NCBI GenBank assembly: GCA_964016885.1 | Contig: OZ024744.1 | Coordinates: 58,156,001-58,220,000, forward strand | Source of the DNA: Eledone cirrhosa | Taxonomy: Eukaryota | Reading direction: 5' to 3' | DNA length: 64,000 nt | In this document: positions 12,677 through 26,049 of the stretch, piece after piece | How the letters are laid out: the number at the start of each line of letters is the position of its first letter | Numbering within the stretch: the stretch's first letter is position 1 | The notes under the pieces: model-generated | The model's database searches: none | What the model was told of the DNA's origin: nothing | The model's input: only the letters and a program-made list of their open reading frames with translations | Translations under genes and position numbers: made by a program

Positions 12677-15415
12677 AATTAAAGTTCATACACATAGCAG
12701 GTTTGTGTGATCTGATAGCCATTACCGGATCCTGAAACCTAAATAAGCTCTCTTGTACTAGATTGACCATTTTTGCCTTTCCCTTTTATTTACAGATTAT
12801 CTTGCATACACACACACACACACACACATGTATGTATGTATGTATGTGAGTATCATCATCATATTCATCACTATTTTACGTCAGTTCTTCCACGCTAGCA
12901 TGGATTGTCCTGTTGCTGGCAATGCCAGGTTGGCTGAGCTTGTCTTGCTCATACTGGAACTGATTCTGGCTTGATTTCTACAGCTGGATGCCCTTCCTAA
13001 CACCAACCTCATTTACAGTGAGTGCTGGGTGCTGGTGCCTACACGTTCACTTTACAGTGTGGGCTCGGTGCTTTTTTGCCATGGCACCTCCACGACCACT
13101 TTGCAGTCGGAGGGGGTGGGGTGTATTGAGTATATATATATATATAAAACAAACAGAAATAAATCGTACCATGACATATTCTTAATGATATCCTGCTCCC
13201 CTATTCAACCACTCTACTCATCTTCATACTCGCCAAATTTTACTCTTCTTCTTGAAAGAAGTCCAAGGAGCTGGTATTGATAACAAAGAGCTTCTGTCTC
13301 AGAGTGAATTGTAGACAGTATGATGTCGATGTAGTGGGCAAGAGAGAAGACTGTATTATTAAAGACATGATTCATATGGAAGATGACAGATGTACAAAGA
13401 AATGCAGAGAAATCTCAGTGGATAGGACTCAGGAAAGAGCCAGGACCTATGAAGGCATGGGATAAATAGTGAAGACTGACCTTAAGAAGCTGAACCTCAC
13501 GATGGAAATGACAATTGGCCACAAATATTGGCAACAAGCAGTACTGATGAAGTCCTACTTACTAGCATAAAACTGTAAGCTGACAAATCCATGTGCTGAC
13601 CTCATCTGCACCCATAGTAATTATCCTCCCCTCACTACACACTCAAACCCACTTCCACTTAACCAAGATAACAGCTACCTCATATTTGACTCCTAAAGCA
13701 CCAGTCATAACTCAGTAGCTGTTCACATCATCTAATATCAATCCTCCCCTCCCCTCCCATCACTTTCTCCTTAGTAGCTGGTCCATCACTGTACCCCCTC
13801 CCCCCCTCCTCTTTCATTGCCATGTCAATTACCATCACGTCTATCATGTACCTATGATATAGTTTCTCACTCTAATTCCCATCACACCTGTCATACACCC
13901 ATGACATACTTGTCATCTCCTCACTCTTTATCCAAGGCATACATCTATTTCCTACCCTGCCCCATAGGGTATGGATGACTCTTCCATCGAGCCAATCTCC
14001 CTAGTGCTGGTGCTACAATAAAACATGCAGTACACTCTGTAAGATGGGAGATGTTAAGAAGGACCTCCAGCCAAAGAAACCATACTAAAATATGTTGAGA
14101 GGAGTCTCAAGTCACAATTTAACAATCTCTTCAGTGTTGGTACCACAAAAAATGTACATAGTATACCCAGTACATGCTGTGAGGTGATTGGTGATGGGAA
14201 GGGCATCAAACTCTAGAAACCATGACCAGAAAGGGCCGAGAGGACTCTTCAGTTGTATCGAGGATACAGTAACTTCTCTAGTATTGGTGGTCTACATGAT
14301 AGAATGCACCCAGTACACTCTGTAAAATGGTTGGTGTGTGAAAGGGTATTCAGCCGTAGAAAACCTGCCAAAGAGTTGGAGGACTCTTTAGCTGTGCCAA
14401 AGACATGCCAACCTCCATAGTGCTGGTGCCATGATAAAGTACACCCAGTGCTCTCAGTGGAATACAGGAACATATATAAGCGGAAACTGGCCCCTGGCCA
14501 ATCTGATAAGTCAGCAGCTCTGATTAAGTCCCGATTTGATCTGTGACGACCCATCAAACCCTTGTTGGCATGGAAAGATGTTAAATGATGATAAGAGCCA
14601 ATATGTTTATTTTCTGCTTATGGAATTCCAGAGAAGACAAAAAAGTAATAATTCAATAAGTATTTCTATTTCTTCTTCTTAACAAGTAAAAAGATCAACT
14701 TTATTTCACACAAAATTTTGTGACTTAGATCAGAGCCAGTACCCTAGGCTAGCTGTACAATGTGCGCCCGTTCTCCCAAAATTCTACAGTTTGGTAAGCT
14801 GACAAACTTAGTTTCTGACACTTCATGTTCTGACAGAGCTAAGAATATTGCTAAGCCTGCATTTTCCACTATACTGTCAATATTCACCCATGCCACATCA
14901 TGAAACAGGTCATAACACCAGTTGATCCTCTCCACCACTTTGACTATTTCCACAAAACTGCTATGGAGCAAAGATGTTTAGCGATATGCTTATTAATTGC
15001 AGGAAATTATAATATATTAAATTTAATTATATAAATGTTCTTTAATGCGTTACTCTGATGTCTGTGTCCTAGTCAGCTGCCTTGTTGGCCTTAATGTTAG
15101 AGAGAATATTGTTACTGTTAAAATTCTCAACCATACAATCTTTTGGCTATCTTCCCTGAGCAATGACAACACATAAATAATTTGCTATACCAATGTATAT
15201 ATATTCATTTTTTTTTTAGTAAACAAAATCCCCTCAAAACATAATTTTCCACCAAATATATCACAGATGAAGTAAGAAAATACAGCAACGAGCTTCTGTC
15301 CCATGCAGAGAGAAAAAAAACGTTAATTTCTAACACCACACACACCTGAATTGAAACATCTGGCATTGATAATCAATGAGTGTAAGTATAAGACATATAC
15401 ACACATATATATATG

Positions 15416-15448
<33 letters not shown>

Positions 15449-15460
15449 GTATGTATATAT

Positions 15461-16703
15461 AGAAATGAGGAAGGCTTCAGAATCCTGTAAATCTGTGACG
15501 CTAATAACCTAACTATCTGTAACAGAACAACTGATTCTTTTTTTCAAATACCACTTTGGAAGAAGAATCAGGATGGAGAGAGAGGTGCTGTACCCCAGCA
15601 AGTTTTATGAAAGGTGGGTGAAAGTGGCGAGAATGGCCCGAGTGAATGGGCCTTCTCTCTATATCAGCCTGTAGGTTGAGGAAAAGGAGGAGGAGAGGAA
15701 AGGAGTACAAACTCTTCGTACTCCTGGAGATGAGGGTTGCACATTTTTTCGGGGGTATGTGTTACCCATATAAACTGTCTCCCTCTATTGGGGAAAATCG
15801 ACTAACTTTTTAAATTCCATTTGTGATAACATTTTACACGTTTTTATTGTATGTAAACTTCCCCCTTTGTATTTGTCCCCTTCTTTTGTGCCCCTGTGGC
15901 TAATAAAGAAACATATCTGTAACAGAAACTTCAAAAAATGAGACAATCACTTGATCAGGGGAACACGCCAGTCAGATAGATTATATCCTTACCAGAAGAC
16001 ATGACAGAGTGTCTGTTGTAAACACTAAATCCCTCCCCCATGAAGAATGCACCTCCCAACATAGTCTCAGGACTAGACGTATTCGACGACAGAGGAGAAC
16101 TACCCTGAGGAGAAGAATATGGAAGTTGAAGGACCCCACAACCAGTAAGAAATTTAAAAGCATATTACTTGATGCTTTTGACAGTAAGGAAGAGCAATTA
16201 GAGTCGTACAATATAGAGGAACAGTGGAAATTCTTGAAAGTGAACCTGCTGAAGGTGACAGATGAAATCTGTGGCTGGAGCAGACCTATAGGCAGGAGGA
16301 GAGTAACTTGGTGGTGGAACAGTAAGGTGGAGGAGTCAATCAAGGCCAAAAAGCAGGCTTGGGAAGTATGGTAGGATGGGAGAAGTAGAGAACACTATCA
16401 AGTGGCCAGGAGAGAAGCTAGGAGTCAAGTGTACCTTGCAAGAAAGGAAGCAGAGGATAGAAAGTTCAAGCATGTTCTACAACATGAGGACCAAAAACGT
16501 GAGGTGTTCAGGATTGCAAGACAATGTGTCAAGGAAAACCGTGATATTGTCGGGGAGAAGTGTGTCCGTAATGATGATGGTGTATTTGCCATCACTGATG
16601 CTGATAAGAAGGTAGCTTGGAAGTGTTACTACGAGAGACTACTAAATGAGAAGAATAAATGGGAAAGAGATAGTCTTCTCCAAATAGATCCAATAGAGGG
16701 ACC
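15461..16703 (+). mobile_element. diverged RTE fragment (same family as 20.8-24.5 kb), frameshifted, interrupted by Tx1
   Basis: [37 protein letters not shown] peptides. Confidence 0.9.
15528..15913 (+). mobile_element. Tx1/L1-clade LINE 3' fragment with 14-bp TSD
   Basis: near-identical to reverse complement of 49290-49680; AATAAA end; TSD TATCTGTAACAGAA at 15514 and 15914. Confidence 0.85.
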
Positions 16704-16708
16704 ATACG

Positions 16709-16761
<53 letters not shown>

Positions 16762-16770
16762 TATGTATAT

Positions 16771-16889
<119 letters not shown>

Positions 16890-16912
16890 ATATATGAATA
16901 TATATATATATA

Positions 16913-17296
16913 TGACGTATGGTTGCTAGGTTGCGTCCATAAGCGGTATGCCGGTAAAGCACTCTATGCTCCTACGGAACAGAGTATGAGAGTATGATAA
17001 AATGGAAAACGAAGAACCAGTGATGCATCGGAACACAATTTATTACGTATTACAATTGTTTCCCTGGCGAACAGATCGAGGTGCGATCTGTTCATGGATC
17101 AAACCTGACTCTGGATTCGCAAGTTCCTCAGACACGTCTAGTGATTTTGAAGCAAATTCTCTTTTCCCTGGGTTCCGACCTTTCGAGTCTATATCATCCG
17201 CCTTCATTCTGTTGCGCGTCCTTAGATTGGTCAATGGTTTGTGACATCATCTTGGTTCTTGACCACTGAAATCTGCCCACTAGCCATCTCATACAG
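16913..17296. mobile_element. putative solo LTR
   Basis: TG...CA termini, ~380 bp, polyA signal on minus strand; no internal genes. Confidence 0.3.
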
Positions 17297-18574
17297 GCGT
17301 GATCTGTCACTCACGCCAATCCCATCCGCGAAATTACTTTTGTGTGTACCTACACACACTCCCACACACACATAGAGCTTGCGTGCTTGAATTCACACAT
17401 GTACATACACAAACATATACGTATATATATATATCACACATATATGCATATACATACACACACAGAGACACACATATATATGTATATATATACACATATA
17501 CACATGTTTATATACATACACATTTATATATACACACACATACATATATTTTTTCACCCTACACATGTGTACATATATATGCACACTCATATGTGTCCAA
17601 TGATTACACACACGTGCTTACATATGCATTCATTTAAGCCTACTCTTACACACACACATATATTTACATACATACATACCTATATACATACAGATATATA
17701 CATATTTATATATATATGTACATATGTGAGTGGGTGCATGCACACACACACACATAGACACACATACATACGTGCGCGTACTTTTACATGCACATACATA
17801 CACCTATACTTATATATACACACACACACACAGCCGCATTTATACACTCACAGCCAGTCATACGTACGCACATATATGAAAATAAACTGTATAAAGAATA
17901 TAAAAAATATAAACTGTATAAAAATATGTGGAGGGTGTATACAGCAAGCACCTGGTACTGTACATCAAACTGTTACGTCGGGAAATACGTGCAAGGTACG
18001 AAAAAAGTACATATGGGGGTTACAACGGTTAATGCAAGCAGCATCTCACATGACGGTATATAGGTTCGTTGACACACTTTGATGTACATGTTGACAGAGT
18101 TGGCATTATGGTGCTAACGTGGATTAATCCACATATAGAAACCTTAAACAAAATTATATATGGGGAGCTCATAGGAATAATGTAAAGGGTATACCCAGAA
18201 CATATATAGAAAATACATACAGAATATATAAAAAATATATTAAAAAAAATATATAAAGAAAAATATATTTAAAAAATACACATTGGTTTGTACATGAAAA
18301 CATACATAAGGTGTTACATAATGGAATGTGTGGAGAAGATATACACACTACTTAAAAGATACATATGTAGTGAGTGCGGGAGAACAGCCTATAATGGAGT
18401 ATGTTACTATGGGTGAAATAGAGTGCCTTATTGATGTATGATATGCGATTGATTATACCCATGGTAATTGAGCCACCGTGTCCTGGCTCCTGCGATGTCG
18501 TTGTTTAAGATGAGGTGCATAGTCTGATAGGCAGCATAGATTGTGTCGATTTACCCCACAGGGTATATACATAT

Positions 18575-18861
18575 ATCTAAAAGTCTAAAGTCTGTCTTAA
18601 GCCAGAAGGCTCATTTGGCCGGTGCTTATCCCGGTTTCATGTCATGAAGCAACTGAGAGTACAAGACTCCCCTCTGGACAGGACGCCAGTCCATCGTAGG
18701 ATTAAAACTCCAGCTATTGCTGGTACTCTTTTCAGCAGAGTATACTGGAGCAACGTGAAATGAAGTGTTTTGCTCAAGAACACAACACGCAACCCAGCAA
18801 TCGAGCCCACGACATTATGATCGTAAGTCCAACACCCTTACCACTAGGCCACGTGCCTCCA
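18575..18861 (-). mobile_element. tRNA-derived CORE-type SINE
   Basis: GGAGGCACGTGGCCTAGTGGTAAGGG head plus CORE-like body on minus strand. Confidence 0.75.
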
Positions 18862-19164
18862 CATATACATATATATATATATATATGTATATATGTATAT
18901 ATATAAAGAGTAAAACCACAGACCCTCCATCTCATCTCTACTTTTGAAAAGCAGAAGAACTGCGAAACCGGTAAAGGAACCAAATAATAAATATATATAT
19001 ATTTTTTTTAAATAAGACTCCAGTTGCATTTCCGATTTCATCTTTTTTTCTTTATACTTTCACTCGTGCAGGACACCTCGGTTATTTTTCATTTTGTAAA
19101 AAAACCTCACTTTCTAATATATATGAGGACGGTTGGAGGGTCACTGATGAAGGACTCACTTTTT

Positions 19165-19215
19165 CATATATATATATATAGATTTATATATATATATATA
19201 TATATTAGATTTATC

Positions 19216-19306
<91 letters not shown>

Positions 19307-19457
19307 CTATATATATATATATATATTATATATATATATATATATTATATATATATATATTATATATATATATATTATATATATATATATATATTATATA
19401 TATATATATATATTATATATATATACATATATATATACTATATATATATATATATAT

Positions 19458-19489
<32 letters not shown>

Positions 19490-19510
19490 ATTATATATAT
19501 ATATATATAT

Positions 19511-19601
<91 letters not shown>
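19165..19601. repeat. (TA)n degenerate microsatellite
   Basis: direct inspection. Confidence 0.95.
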
Positions 19602-19606
<5 letters not shown>

Positions 19607-19933
19607 AGATCAAAAGATGGTTAAAGGAGTTCCATGTATTTTATTATGCGCATTTCAAAAACAAACATCATCATGCAATAATATTTGTGTTTTCATCAGA
19701 TAAAACAGGAGAACATGATATGAAGGCTAAAAAAACACTTGTGGATAGTGCAGTTTTAAATCAACATATGTTGATTTAAAACTGCACTATCCACAAGTGT
19801 TTTTTTAGCCTTCATATCATGTTCTCCTGTTTTATCTGATGAAAACACAAATATTATTGCATGATGATGTTTGTTTTTGAAATGCGCATAATAAAATACA
19901 TGGAACTCCTTTAACCATCTTTTGATCTTATAT
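19602..19933. repeat. 332-bp spacer-less palindrome
   Basis: 166-bp arms centred on CAACAT|ATGTTG at 19767/19768. Confidence 0.95.
19830..19896 (+). ncRNA. type I hammerhead ribozyme (mirror copy 19639-19705 minus)
   Basis: TTTTAT-CTGATGA-stem II-GAAA-TGCGCA-TA-ATAAAA. Confidence 0.8.
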
Positions 19934-20023
19934 TATGTATACTCCAGTCCTACAAACTGTAGAGTGCTTCTTATCCGATATCTGCATTGCTTTATTGTAC
20001 TACAATAAAACTCACCTCCTACA

Positions 20024-20100
<77 letters not shown>

Positions 20101-20112
20101 ATATATATATAT

Positions 20113-20183
<71 letters not shown>

Positions 20184-20829
20184 TTTAAAATATTAACAAA
20201 ATAGATATTCTTGTGATCAAGTATATTTTATTATACATATTTCAGAGGTACTGAGTTAAGTTCAACAGTACGTCCTCATCAAATAAAATAAGATGATGTA
20301 TGACATACCTTGACATAGTAGATGGTTAAGATTCAGTCATTCTGTTGAGTGCTTCCAATTTATTGTAAAACTCGTTCTTTGATGTATTCATTGAACCTTG
20401 TTTAACTTTTAATAATCTTGTTTATTCACTTTCGCCAAACAATTGCTGCTTCAACTATTCCTACTACGGTGTACCCATGTAATCGTAACGGTAACGTTCA
20501 CGTTTTTCCTATCTACTCCACGCCACAATTTCGTACATAGTCCAAACATCCAATCTCGCAAAATCCGAAATCTGTATTTTTTGTTATTTATTAAGGTTTA
20601 AATACGGTGTTTTTGTCGTATTGAACAGAACAAATCTTGCAGTTTTACTTTTTGTTAATCACTTGTTAAACATTCATAACCTTCCAGCTAGCTACCCCAC
20701 ACCCCTCCCACCACCATTCTTAATACGTGGACCAGTCATAAGCCAGAGACCCCCCCCCACACGCATCACCATTATTATTATTATAAGCCAGAGGCCTATA
20801 CTATCGCTTGCACGGTTGCCTTCGATATA

Positions 20830-23800
20830 TGATGGATGGATGGATGGATGGATGGACGGACTGCGGAATCCTGGAGAGTGGAAGGGAGAGAAAAATCTGG
20901 ACGCTCAGAGCGAAAATGCCAAAGTTAAAGCCAAATTCACCTCGTGGACAAGAATGCGAGCGCTCCTCTTTGTTTCGCCCGCGGATGGCTAACATAACCC
21001 CATCTCCCCCCGCCCCCCACCACTCCAACCCTCCAAACGCAATCCAAAACTTCAGAGTTGGTACCATAAATGTAGGCACCCTAAAGGGTCGCGCTAACGA
21101 GGTTGTAGAAATGCTTGAACGTAAGGAGGTCGATGTTTGTTGTATTCAAGAGACCAGGTGGAGGGGTGGGTCTGCTAGATTCATTGAGGGTAAAAAACGA
21201 TGTTATAAGCTTTTCTGGGTGGGAAACGGCGATGGGCTGGGTGGAGTAGGAATCATGGTAGCAGAAAAGTGGGCAGATAAGATAATATACGTAAATAGAG
21301 TGAACGACAGAATAATTAAAATACGACTTGTCCTCAATAGAACTACGGTGACAGTAATATCTGCGTACGCACCCCAATCCGGACTGCCCGGCACTATAAA
21401 AGACAGATTCTATGAGACACTGTTGCTAACTACCTCCCAAATATCTGACAGTGACTATATAATTATTGCAGGCGACCTAAATGGTCACGTTGGACAACAT
21501 TGTGACGGCTACGACGAAATCCATGGAGGCTATGGGTTTGGTACTAGAAATGAGGAAGGCTCCAGAATCCTGGAATTCTGTGATGCAAATAACCTAACTA
21601 TCTGTAACACTAACTTCAAAAAACGTGACAATCACCTGATCACCTATAGATCCGGGGAACACACAAGCCAGGTAGATTATATCCTTACCAGAAAACGTGA
21701 CAGAGTGTCTGTTGTAAACACTAAATCCCTCCCCCATGAAGAATGCACCTCCCAACATAGACTGATAATTAGCGACCTCATAGTCAGGACGAGACGTACT
21801 CGACAGCAGAAGAGGACTATCCTCAGGAGAAAGATATGGAAGCTAAAGGACCCCACAGCCAAAAATAAATTTCAAAACATATTACTTGATGCTTTCGACA
21901 GTAAGGAAGAACATTTAGAGTCGGACAATATAGAGGGACAGTGGGAATTTCTGAAAGCAAACCTGCTGTTGGCGACAGACGAAGTCTGTGGCTGGAGCAG
22001 GCCTGTAGGCAGGAGGAGAGTAACATGGTGGTGGAACAGTAAGGTGGAGGGGTCAATTAAGGCCAAAAAGCAGGCTTGGAAAGTATGGCGGGATGGGGGA
22101 AGTAGAGTAGACTATCAAGTGGCCAGGAGGGAAGCTAGGAGAGAAGTGTACTTAGCAAGAAGGGAAGCTGAGGAAAGAAAGTTCAAGCATGTTCTACAAC
22201 GCGATGACCAAAAACGTGAGGTGTTCAGGATTGCTAGGCAATGCGTCAAGGAAAACCGTGATATTGTCGGGGAGAAGTGTGTACTTAACGATGATGGCAT
22301 ACTTGCCATCACCGACACTGATAAGAAGGTAGCTTGGAAGTGTCACTATGAAAGGCTACTAAATGAGGAGAATAAATGGGAGAAAGACAGTCTCCCCCAT
22401 ATCGACCCAATAGAGGGACCAGCAGTGTTAGTCGAGGGGAGTATAATAAGTAAGGCAATCAAGGATATGAAGACGGGTAAGGCGGCTGGGCCTTCGGAAA
22501 TAGTTGCTGAGATGATGAAGGCATCTGGCACGGTGGGACACACCATGGTCACTCGCATAGTTAACCAAGTCGTACAGAATGGGGTTGTTCCGAAGGACTG
22601 GCATAGCAGCATCATCGTTAACTGTTATAAGGGTAAAGGAGACGCCCTAGATAGGAGTAACTATAGAGGCATTAAATTAATCGACCAGGTCATGAAGGTC
22701 ACGGAAAAAGTAATAGCGCAACTAATCAGAGAGAGAATTGACCTAGATGAAATGCAGTTCGGGTTTGTGTCAGGCAAAAGTACCACAGACGCTCTTTTCA
22801 TTGTACGACAACTACAGGAGAAGTTCCTAGCTAAAGGTAAACCCCTCTACTTAGCTTTTGTCGACTTGGAGAAAGCCTTCGACAGAGTCCCCCGCTCCAT
22901 TATCTGGTGGGCTCTTAGAAAACTAGGCGTTGACGAATGGCTTGTGAGGGCTATATAAGCCATGTATAAAGAAACAGTCAGCAAGGTTAGAATTAACAAC
23001 GAATATAGTGAAGAGTTTAGCGTAAAAGTTGGCGTCCATCAGGGCTCTGTTCTCAGCCCCCTACTATTTATTATTGCCCTTCAGGCTATAACAGAGGAGT
23101 TCAAGACAGGCTGCCCATGGGAACTCCTATACGCAGACGACCTGACACTCATAGCGGAATCAATGGCCGAGCTAGAGAAGAAATTCCAAACATGGAAGCA
23201 AGGCCTAGAGTCAAAAGGACTTAAAATTAACCTGGCTAAGACCAAAGTTCTAGTTTGTAGGAAAGAAAACAAGGCGGCGGTCCCTTCTGGGAAATGGTCG
23301 TGCTCGGTGTGTAGGAAAGGCGTAGGTAGAAACTCCATTTTATGTCCTAAATGCAAAGTATGGGTGCATAAAAGATGTAGTGGGATCACAGGTAAGCTAA
23401 CTAAGAACATAGATTTTACATGTGGCCGGTGTTCTGGTGCAATAAGTAGCAGCAAGTGCCCACAAAATACTAGCTCTTTCAATTGCGCAGAGGGTTCTAT
23501 AGAAATAGTGGACAGCTTCCGTTACCTGGGCGATAAAATCAGCAGTGGGGGAGGGTGCTCTGAAAGTACTGTAGCTAGAGTCAGAACTGGTTGGAAAAAG
23601 TTCAGAGAGCTTATACCACTATTAGCTGCTAAAGGGTTCTCCCTAAAAATGAAAGGCAGGTTGTACGATGCCTGCATACGAACAGCAATGTTGCATGGCA
23701 GTGAGACCTGGGCATTGTGTGCAGAGGATATACGCAGACTAGAGAGGAACGAAGCTTGCATGCTCCGCTGGGTGTGTAACAGTAATATACGTGAACGGCA

Positions 23801-24479
23801 AAGCATAAACGAACTAAGGAAAAAATTAGAGATAAGAGGGATCAGATGTTGTTTACTCGAGAGAAGGCTACGTTGGTATGGACACGTGATGCGCATGAAA
23901 GTCGATAGCTGTATAACAAAGTGCAGGGCAATAAAGATAGACGGTAGTCACGGAATAGGCAGACCTAGAAAAACCTGGGACGAGCTGATAAACTCCGACA
24001 TCACACACTTACACCTCTCCAAGACAATGTCACTGGATCGAGACCTATGGCGGTACTCAGTAACAGAGAAGACCCGCCTTACCTAAATATATAGTAAAAC
24101 CTACTCCAGCCAGTAGGCATCTCTAACAAAATACACCCCGTCCCACCCACCCCACCCCATCCACACCACCCCGTTCTATGTAAAGTTATGTTGGTGCCGC
24201 GCCATCCAGGTCGAAACAAATGAGATCGTGTAGGTGTCACGACAAAAAAACACACAGTCCACGCTGTAATGTGGCCGTGTAGGCAACACGGTAAAAACCT
24301 CCCAGACCCACACTGTAAATGTGGTTGGTGTTAGGAAGGGCATCCAACTGTAGAAAACCTGCCAGACAGTCCTATGCGAGCAAGACAATCACTCTTGCCT
24401 CAAGTGGGACTACCCCCGTCCAAACCCATGCAAGCGTGGAACACGGACGTTAAACGTTGATGATGATGATGATGATGAT
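20830..24479 (+). mobile_element. near-full-length RTE LINE
   Basis: APE endonuclease, RT and PHD domains; ~390-bp 3' UTR ending in (GAT)n; 5' boundary uncertain. Confidence 0.95.
20916..24086 (+). pseudogene. RTE ORF (APE endonuclease-RT-PHD) with one in-frame stop at 22956-22958
   Basis: GTINVGTL, CIQETRW, SAYAPQ, GDLNGHVG, DYIL, YADD; TAA where the sister copy has CAA. Confidence 0.92.
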
Positions 24480-24590
24480 AAGTAAAAATTAGCGAGAATC
24501 GAATTTCAGCTCAGGAATTAACGAGAATCACTTTCGAGTTGTGTGGCAAGCGCTCGATAATTCATATGAATTAGAACTTATATATATATG

Positions 24591-25064
24591 TAGTTCATCG
24601 TTCCTTTGTCAGTGTTGAACAAAATGGCAACGATGGTTGCCGAACATTGTACGGCTAATAATTCGGGCTGTTTGTTTACAAAAAAAACGAGCATTATAAT
24701 AAATGTTCGATAAACCCATACGTACATATATATATGTGTGCATGTATGTATGTATATACATACTAGTGTACGTCTGTATACATATATGATTGTACGCATA
24801 CATAATTATATTTAAGTATCAGCCGTACTAAGAGTGAGAAATGAAATTTCATTTTTTCCATTTATCGTTTTCGGTACACCCGGCCGACTAACTCACTCGA
24901 TATGCAAATTAGGCTGCTCAGCCATTAATATGCATAAGGAAAGTATATACTTTCAAACGTTCAATCTACTGAGGGGAAGGTATATAGTGCTGATGACAGC
25001 TAATAAGCTAGAAACTAGTTCATCGTTCCTTTGTCAGTGTTGAACAAAAGGGCAACGATGGTTG
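24591..25064 (+). mobile_element. ~430-bp hammerhead-containing repeat (1.1-mer); ribozyme at 24985-25025
   Basis: terminal direct repeat 24591/25017; CTGATGA-CAGCT-AATA-AGCTA-GAAA-CTAG-TT. Confidence 0.8.
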
Positions 25065-25345
25065 GCTGTTATCCAATGTGCAGAAAAGAACAATATGCTG
25101 TTGAATGAGAATAAGTTTGAGTTAATCCACTTTGGAAAAATGATGCCCTGAAACTCCCATACTTTCTTCTTTCAGGTGAAACTCTCGTGGCATCCAACAA
25201 CATCAGAGACCTGGGAGTAATTGTGGACAACATAAGCTGGGCCACTCATATAAACAGCAAAGTTGACATGGCCCACAGAATGTGTTCGTGTATTCTCAGA
25301 ACTTTCCAGTCGAGAGATATCCACACTGTTATCCTTCTCTCCTTG
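25065..25345 (+). mobile_element. CR1/Jockey-group LINE RT C-terminal fragment
   Basis: LNENKFELIHFG and RDLGVIVDNISWATHI..ILRTF peptides. Confidence 0.75.
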
Positions 25346-25349
25346 CTCG

Positions 25350-25566
25350 ACCAGCCTGTCGGGCGCCAATCGGCGCCGCGTGCCGTTTTAGCCATAAGAT
25401 AACGCCATCCCATTGGGTGGGCAGGCAGACTGGTACTCATTTCTACAGCTGAGTAAACTGGAGCAACGTGAAATAAAGTGTCTTGCTCAAGGAAACAACA
25501 CATCACCCGGTCGGAGAATTGAACTCACAACCTTTCGATTGCTTCTAATGCTCTAACCACTAAGCC

Positions 25567-25570
<4 letters not shown>
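25350..25570 (-). mobile_element. CORE-type SINE
   Basis: GGCTTAGTGGTTAGAGC head, GAGTTCAATTCTCC B-box, CORE-like body. Confidence 0.7.
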
Positions 25571-25659
<89 letters not shown>

Positions 25660-25781
25660 ATAGGGAGAAAAAGACGATTATTAGGAAGAAAAAAAAAATG
25701 TTTTCCCTTTTATTTTTTTTCTGGTTAGAAGATGTTTAAAACAAAATATTTTACTTTGTGTGAAGTGTTAACGTATTAGTT

Positions 25782-25983
25782 AATTTATTTATTAATTAAC
25801 AATGGCATTTATTTATTTATTTATTTATATATTTAATAATTGTCTATTACCGGTTTCAGCATTTTATGCATTATCAAAGGGGGGAATTTGCATTGGTGTA
25901 AAATGTTGGTGATGTTGAACATGATAAGGAAATGGTGAAGAAAGAATAATGCTGAAACCGGTAATAGACAATTATTAAATATA

Positions 25984-26022
<39 letters not shown>

Positions 26023-26049
26023 ATGCCATTGTTAATTAATAAATAAATT
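25782..26049. repeat. inverted repeat (~85-bp arms) with degenerate hammerhead
   Basis: 25782-25863 mirrors 25948-26049; GAAA-CCGG-TA-ATAG half-motif. Confidence 0.75.

Noticed and set aside
14729-14793. Possible 65-nt exon (AG...GTAAGC) and overlapping 75-aa minus-strand ORF
   Set aside because: Weak polypyrimidine tract, no recognisable homology or partner exons
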